Assembly: GCF_964355755.1 (NCBI RefSeq)
Contig: NC_092677.1
Span: forward strand, 24,291,175 to 24,355,174
Origin: Antedon mediterranea
Lineage: Eukaryota > Animalia > Echinodermata
Length of the DNA stretch: 64,000 bases
Direction: 5' to 3'
Positions 60,701 to 64,000 of this stretch are shown one piece after another. The position numbers and the translations under genes were made by a program. The notes beneath the pieces are model-generated. The model ran no database searches and was not told the DNA's origin. It saw nothing but the letters and a program-made list of their open reading frames with translations. Every line of letters starts with the position of its first letter. Within the stretch, counting starts at the first letter, position 1.

Positions 60701-62644
60701 TACCTGTATTTTGCGCAGTATTTTTAGAATTTGATCCCTGCCCTCTGAGGTAGAATTTGACTGTGGTTGGGCTAGCAACTCCTGTACCATATAAATTCTC
60801 TAAGTAATTGCTCAACCGTTGTAATGATTCCTCATTTATTGCCTTTAAAAAGAAATGTTATTATTCAGAAATTCTACTAAATGTGATACAAATTAATTAT
60901 ATTGACTTTCTGTTTTGAGATTTCGAAACAAAATACAATTGTATTGAATTTTCTGTAGACTTTAGGAGCGTAGTGTATGAGTTTAAGGTTAGGTAAAATC
61001 ACGAGACTCAAGCCATGAGGCTTGACATACATGCATCACATGCTCAAAATTGGAAAAATCATGGGATTTTATAAAACCCTTCAAATGGTATGAAACCTGA
61101 TCAAAACAATAATTAATATAAACTGTATCGCATGACCTGAAGTTTATAAGCACTAAAAATGATCTGGTTGTATTTATGGCCAGTTGCGAAGTGATTAACC
61201 GAAGACGTGATTTTCGAAAACCGCACATAGATCACGTAACTTTTTATTAATTGTGTACAACATTCAAAATGTAATGACATTTTCTGTGGTTTTACCTTTA
61301 CTTTAAAAACTTAGCTCACCCTTTCCTTCGGATGTTGGCCAAAGAAGTCGGGATGAACAGCAAAATAGAAAGGTCGAAGGGCCTCAGAGGCCTGTGAAGC
61401 AGTCAGGTAACGCACAAATGTCGTCAAACTGCCAAGTTTCCTACATAATCTAAACAAAATAAAAATAGATTTCAAAACCTCATTAGACAGATGAAATTGG
61501 TTACGTTTGATTTTGATTGCAATAATAAAATCAATTTTTAGTATTTTTTTTGCAACTGCTACTTTTGACCAATTGTCTTATTGGGTATAGTAAATTCTAC
61601 ATAAGCATCATTTCAGGAATCATTTCAAAGACACGGTACAGAATTCACACCTCATCATTCCGGCGTACACGTTCTAGAAACTCTACTGAACTCAGAAAAC
61701 ATATTTAGACACTCAAAGACAACAACACAGATTATTCAATCTCATGGCGCATCTTGTCATCAGGGGCGGACCTAGGGGTGTTGCCCTAGTGGCCTGGGCA
61801 ACACCCTTAAGTTCATACTAAATTTTTCTGCCACTAAATTAAAATTTAAGTCCCATGTTATCATATACAATATCCGTATATATTTACAGTACATGTTATA
61901 GAAGTTCAGTCTGGAAGAGAATATTTGTAAATTGGCAGTATGCATAGCAGTCACCAATAGAATACTGGGCACAGGTAAGTGTAGATAAGTTTCTGAGAAT
62001 GAATTTCTGATTAACTAGCTGTTTGTGGTGTGCGCGTCGTGAGAGCAGGGAGATGTAACTCTCTCCTGATGAGAGTAATTGATTGTAATCTATAAGTATT
62101 GGTACTTAAAATAACTATTTAACCATTGATAATTCATTGTATATTATGAAGTTTGCAGTATTTATACAATGGAAAGAAGGCCAACACACACTGTATTCGG
62201 GAAAAACCTGTCATAGGCGTCGTCAATTTGAATAATTATTGAGTGTTTTCCGTAATTTTCCCCACAAACCATAATTTTGTGTATAGTTTTGTATTTTGGT
62301 GTAGTAGTACCCTATTTATCTTCATTTCCGTATACGTCCGTAATATTACGCCGGCAGCAGAGCAAATTTTGCTTCTTTCTGCAAATTTGCTATCATTATT
62401 TTCTTTGTTTTATATTTATTATTTATTGTACAGTTTATAGTGGATAAATGAAAATGAATTTTGGAAATTGTGGTTTTAATTAACTGCTGACTTGTTTAGC
62501 ATTTATTTCAAAATACAATTTAACGTTTTCGTCAATATTTATAGCAGCAGCTTCATATTATCATTATTTGATGATAATTAATTTACAATAATTAATAGTT
62601 ATTAGAATTTATTACCGTACCAGAAGTACCTTCATCATTCGCAT
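54476..62644 (-). CDS. TCAIM: T-cell activation inhibitor, mitochondrial (TCAIM) orthologue, 9 coding exons, 496 aa
   Basis: Signature ALRPFYFAVHPDFFGQHPKER-AINEESLQRL and C-terminal YYTVLRDGEVYIPW. Exons 62616-62644, 61320-61449, 60704-60842, 59902-60154, 58898-59118, 58268-58359, 57124-57380, 55705-55836 and 54476-54713 all have GT-AG boundaries and consistent phases. They total 1491 nt = 496 aa + stop. Confidence 0.92.
55705..55836 (-). CDS. TCAIM: TCAIM exon 8
   Basis: IIGHLAVTASGQLVVPASTKPQNVINFL; ttgtag acceptor, AG|gtacat donor. Confidence 0.88.
56079..56704 (+). mobile_element. Kolobok-like non-autonomous DNA transposon (full-length, intronic)
   Basis: TTAA at 56075-56078 and 56705-56708. 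Imperfect TIRs AGACCCCTTCCCTGC and GTAGGGAATGGGGCT. TTAA TSD with an RR terminus is typical of Kolobok. Two more partial copies occur in the window. Confidence 0.8.
57124..57380 (-). CDS. TCAIM: TCAIM exon 7
   Basis: VLEHLPNAVSQMNLL...DLKIIVEG; gtctag acceptor, GG|gtaaag donor. Confidence 0.88.
58268..58359 (-). CDS. TCAIM: TCAIM exon 6
   Basis: DKELIFGSITGICKEGFILLSNESVPQYWSR; ttttcag acceptor, gtaagt donor. Confidence 0.88.
58617..58801. mobile_element. Short PIF/Harbinger-like MITE
   Basis: taa|agcttggttcccactagcgacgcaacg ... cgttgcgttctagtgtgaaccacgat|tta. Confidence 0.6.
58898..59118 (-). CDS. TCAIM: TCAIM exon 5
   Basis: SWLTKNRQRALRRL...LRDIRWESDWNIGAFRMSL; atttag acceptor, G|gtcagt donor. 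Confidence 0.9.
59902..60154 (-). CDS. TCAIM: TCAIM exon 4
   Basis: ENHVTVYTQAVTIKL...RPIKWDHTYY; ttatag acceptor, GA|gtgagt donor. Confidence 0.88.
60704..60842 (-). CDS. TCAIM: TCAIM exon 3
   Basis: AINEESLQRLSNYLENL...PTTVKFYLR; ttaaag acceptor, G|gtaatg donor. Confidence 0.9.
61320..61449 (-). CDS. TCAIM: TCAIM exon 2
   Basis: LTASQASEALRPFYFAVHPDFFGQHPKER; gtttag acceptor, AGG|gtgagc donor. Confidence 0.92.
62616..62644 (-). CDS. TCAIM: TCAIM candidate first coding exon (start of mitochondrial presequence)
   Basis: ATG CGA ATG ATG AAG GTA CTT CTG GTA CG|gtaata gives the phase 2 required by exon 2. Product MRMMKVLLVRLCRKLGSLTTFVRY is basic and lacks acidic residues. Confidence 0.55.
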
Positions 62645-63409
62645 TAAATGCAAAAAATGTTATCGTATTTTTAGTCGCGTGTATTTAAAAATTTAGTGAG
62701 GGGGGTCCGGACCCGGATCTTGATAGGCTTAGTCATAAAGTAGTTACAGAGTTGCAGGGCATTTTATCATTGTTAAATATTTTGTTGCTAGCTTTGTTAA
62801 AATTAGTAAAAGAGGTAATGCTGGCGCCAATGAATTTAACGACCTTCACAACCAAAATATTTCTTTGTAAAAAAAATAATTTTAAATGGAACGCTACAAA
62901 AATAATCCCCCGCTTCATCACTGCATGGATACCTAATAATCAGACTACAACATATGTTAAGTTACTATCAATACATTTTCATGCATTTTTCATTATAGTA
63001 TAATAATATAATTGTAATTGAATAGTGAGGGATTAGTTACAGTGTTGAATCCGAATAAACCATTGGTAAGCCTAACTTTTTTCAATTTAATAAAAATCCA
63101 AAATGAACTTGCTGTTATAATACAAACAAAATAATTCAAAGAAACGCTCTACTACACATTAGAAATAGATGTCTGTCAATAAACTTCTGACTACGACTAA
63201 AACAACGACAATCAGCTATACTAAATGTATTCATGATTTTATTTCATCTCTGACTTGATACACACTTCCTATCTGGGGTCGTGTATGTAGCCTACTACAT
63301 CAAATTACCCACTCCTAGCAGTGTTCATACTAGCGCTATCACAGATTACCTCTAATAGATCTAACATCCATTCACACATGAAATAAAAATTCATCGACAA
63401 ACGAAATAT

Positions 63410-63680
63410 AATAGCCTAGGCCTATTCATTCCTTTTATTAGGCATATTGCCGAAGTTGAGTGAGGCTGTGTGTGTTGTAGTAGTAGGCCTAGGCCTAGTA
63501 TCTATGTATTAATTAGACCTAGCCTATATTACTATAGTATTAGGGCAGGCTGGCCTAGGCTAGGCCTAGACTAGACAAGCTAGAGAGTAAGCCAGGCAGG
63601 CCTAGCTAGGCCTACCTAGGCCTAGCCTAAACTAGTTTAGGGCCTCTTGGTTGGCTAGTGATTCCCCTAGGGCTAGGCCC
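63410..63680. repeat. Low-complexity (ctaggc/gcctag)n palindromic cluster upstream of TCAIM
   Basis: Dense aggcctaggcctag, ggctaggcctagactag and aggcctagctaggcctacctaggcctagcc runs, followed by a CpG-rich segment at 63780-64000. Confidence 0.7.
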
Positions 63681-64000
63681 AGAATACATCACTTATAAAA
63701 ACAACATACCTACCTATATGTAGGCGTAACTATTTTCATTCTATAATTAATATTACAAAATACATTTTATTATCTCTCCGCGCGGCGGCCATCCCACTAC
63801 TATACTACGTGTACTCAAACGGAACCGCCCAGGAAAAACCCTAATTGTTGACAACAACAGATCGAGAGAGGGGGAGGGGGAGGGGGAGAGCAGCCACAAA
63901 TAAATTGAATGTCTAGGGCGCCACCATGCGGGTACGATGGATGAGTTTAAAAAAATGAAGACGCAACGTGTACGTCACGGCCAAGCCCACCACACGCCCA

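Noticed and set aside
61761-61808. GC-rich hairpin gggtgttgccc...gggcaacaccc resembling a terminator
   Set aside because: Eukaryotic intron; it follows caggggcgga, a common MITE terminus, so it is probably a transposon fragment.
62243-63003. Short ORFs upstream of TCAIM exon 2
   Set aside because: Low-complexity AT-rich translations without phase-compatible splice signals or homology cues.

Overview
AT-rich, spliceosomal-intron-containing animal genomic DNA, probably an invertebrate deuterostome such as an echinoderm (inferred from Deu/Nin-type SINEs and the repeat landscape; not verified). Nothing here is prokaryotic. (1) 1-19540: a ~478-bp satellite array (~40 monomers, open at the left edge) with higher-order blocks. 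Each monomer carries two copies of an 11-6-11 palindrome, and three copies in the array are flipped. The array abuts a Helentron/HINE-like non-autonomous element (19541-20219). (2) 21202-28789 (-): a two-coding-exon C2H2 zinc-finger gene of ~2316 aa with nine fingers in four clusters. (3) 28.8-54.2 kb: a non-coding region with candidate upstream exons and promoters, a 53-bp minisatellite, MITEs, an internally deleted Sola2-like DNA transposon with ~0.5-kb TIRs interrupted by a SINE, and a second SINE. (4) 54476-62644 (-): a nine-exon TCAIM orthologue (496 aa by my splice reconstruction), followed by a decayed duplicate of its last exon. The most unusual signal is the invertible palindrome module of the satellite and its junction with the HINE-like element. 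All gene models and repeat classes were read by eye; no database search was run.
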